A stretch of DNA of 64,000 bases from Octopus vulgaris. Its lineage: Eukaryota. The notes below the pieces were generated by a model. It worked only from the letters and a program-made list of their open reading frames with translations, searched no databases and was not told the DNA's origin. This document shows, piece by piece, positions 62,575 through 64,000 of the stretch. Position 1 is the stretch's first letter; each line of letters starts with the position of its first letter. A program made the position numbers and the translations under genes. Location: the NCBI GenBank assembly GCA_951406725.2, contig OX597824.1, forward strand, positions 56,234,001 to 56,298,000. The letters are read 5' to 3'.

Positions 62575-62950
62575 CATCATCATCATCGTTTAACGTCCGT
62601 TCTCCATGCCAGCATGGGTTGGACGGTTCGACCGGGGATCTGGGAAGCCAGAAGGCTGCACCAGACTCCAGTCTTATCTGGCAATGTTTCTACAGCTGGA
62701 TGCCCTTCCTAACGCCAACCACTCCGAGAGTGTAGTGGGTGCTTTTTACATGCCACCCGCACAGGTGCCAGGCGAGGCTGGCAACGGCCACGATTCGGAT
62801 AGTGCTTTTTACGTACCACCAGTCCAGGGGTCCTGGCATTTGCCGGGTGTCACACTTGCCCCAACATGTCTTCGCAAGCAAAGGGGGTTGGCATGGGTGC
62901 CTGTCGTGGGATGAGGTTCGATATCAACTTCGCTTGCCTCAACAGGTCTT
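62575..62950 (-). mobile_element. RTE 3' UTR fragment
   Basis: (ATC)n plus the reverse complement of the RTE tail. Confidence 0.85.
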
Positions 62951-62981
62951 TGTGTATAAATGTATAAATTTTTCGCACTAA

Positions 62982-63390
62982 ATTCTTTCCGTAGAATTTA
63001 TCAAAAAACGCGCAAAATTATTCCGTAGACTTTATCAAATTAAAAAACGCAAAATTAATATATTTTTTGAAATTGCAAATTATTTAGAATATAAAACAAA
63101 TTAAGTTAAATTTTAAAAATAAATGTCATATACTTATACTCTGTAAGGTGCTGTGTTCACACTTCAATTTACTATTTTCTAGAAATGTTGCTTTTCTAAT
63201 TGAAACAATTTTTCTCAATCTCCATTCAAAAGTCCATAATGCCTCTTGAGCCATATCAAAATGAACAACTTTGAATTACCCGGTGGTGGTGGTGGTGTGA
63301 GGTTCTAATTTTTTTTCTGATCTCTCTTTGCCCCCCCCCTAGATGGAGGTGTGGTGGGGAGACAGATGAAAGATGTTTCATTCTCTACTA

Positions 63391-63445
<55 letters not shown>

Positions 63446-64000
63446 CTTAAACCTACACGATATAGTCTATAAATTTGGGATGTTTTTGAAAGATAATATA
63501 TTTTGTCATCAGAATATATATACTTTCTCACACTACAATTAAGATATATTTATTTTAAATCGTTCATCTTTTCCCGCGACAACAAAAATTGGGCGCGAAA
63601 ATTTTTCTAAATATTAGCTGAATGAACAACTGAGATAAAGAGGGGGCAAAGAGAGATCAGAAAAAAATTAGAACCTCACACCACCACCACCACCACCACC
63701 GGGTAATTCAAAGTTGTTCATTTTGATATGGCTCAAGAGGCATTATGGACTTTTAAATGGAGATTGAGAAAAATTGTTTCAATTAGAAAAGCAACATTTC
63801 TAGAAAATAGTAAATTGAAGTGTGAACACAGCACCTTACAGAGTATAAGTATATGACATTTATTTTTAAAATTTAACTTAATTTGTTTTATATTCTAAAT
63901 AATTTGCAATTTCAAAAAATATATTAATTTTGCGTTTTTAAATTTGATAAAGTCTACGGAATAATTTTGCGCGTCTTTTGATAAATTCTACGGAAAGAAT
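62982..64000. repeat. Near-perfect inverted repeat, arms 62982-63335 and 63642-64000 (reaches window edge)
   Basis: Direct reverse-complement match with a few substitutions and a one-unit (GGT)n difference; spacer ~306 bp. Confidence 0.97.

Overview
AT-rich, microsatellite- and transposon-dense animal genomic DNA; the SINE and RTE families suggest an octopus/coleoid genome (inference). Two host genes are supported. (1) The last two coding exons of VPS54 on + (11081-11175 and 37810-37921), missed by the ORF track and separated by a ~26.6 kb intron. (2) A rhodopsin-class GPCR with an uninterrupted CDS on - (59856-61094), with a CpG-rich NRF1-motif patch about 1 kb upstream. The rest is mostly nested, decayed mobile DNA: RTE LINEs with a PHD-like finger, Penelope-like elements (PLEs) of three types (Naiad-, Neptune-, Poseidon-like), tRNA-derived SINEs, mariners, Gypsy remnants, a Chapaev-type transposase, Helitron ends, an R4/Dong fragment and MITEs. 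The most unusual layer is about a dozen minimal hammerhead-ribozyme motifs from several PLE terminal-repeat families. Some sit in small fold-back elements and one lies just downstream of tRNA-type Pol III boxes. There is also a ~930 bp inverted duplication joining two different PLE clades at nearly the same RT position, and a SINE-Helitron chimera in three copies. All calls were read by eye; family names are from recalled motifs, and repeat boundaries are approximate unless TSDs or TIRs are quoted.
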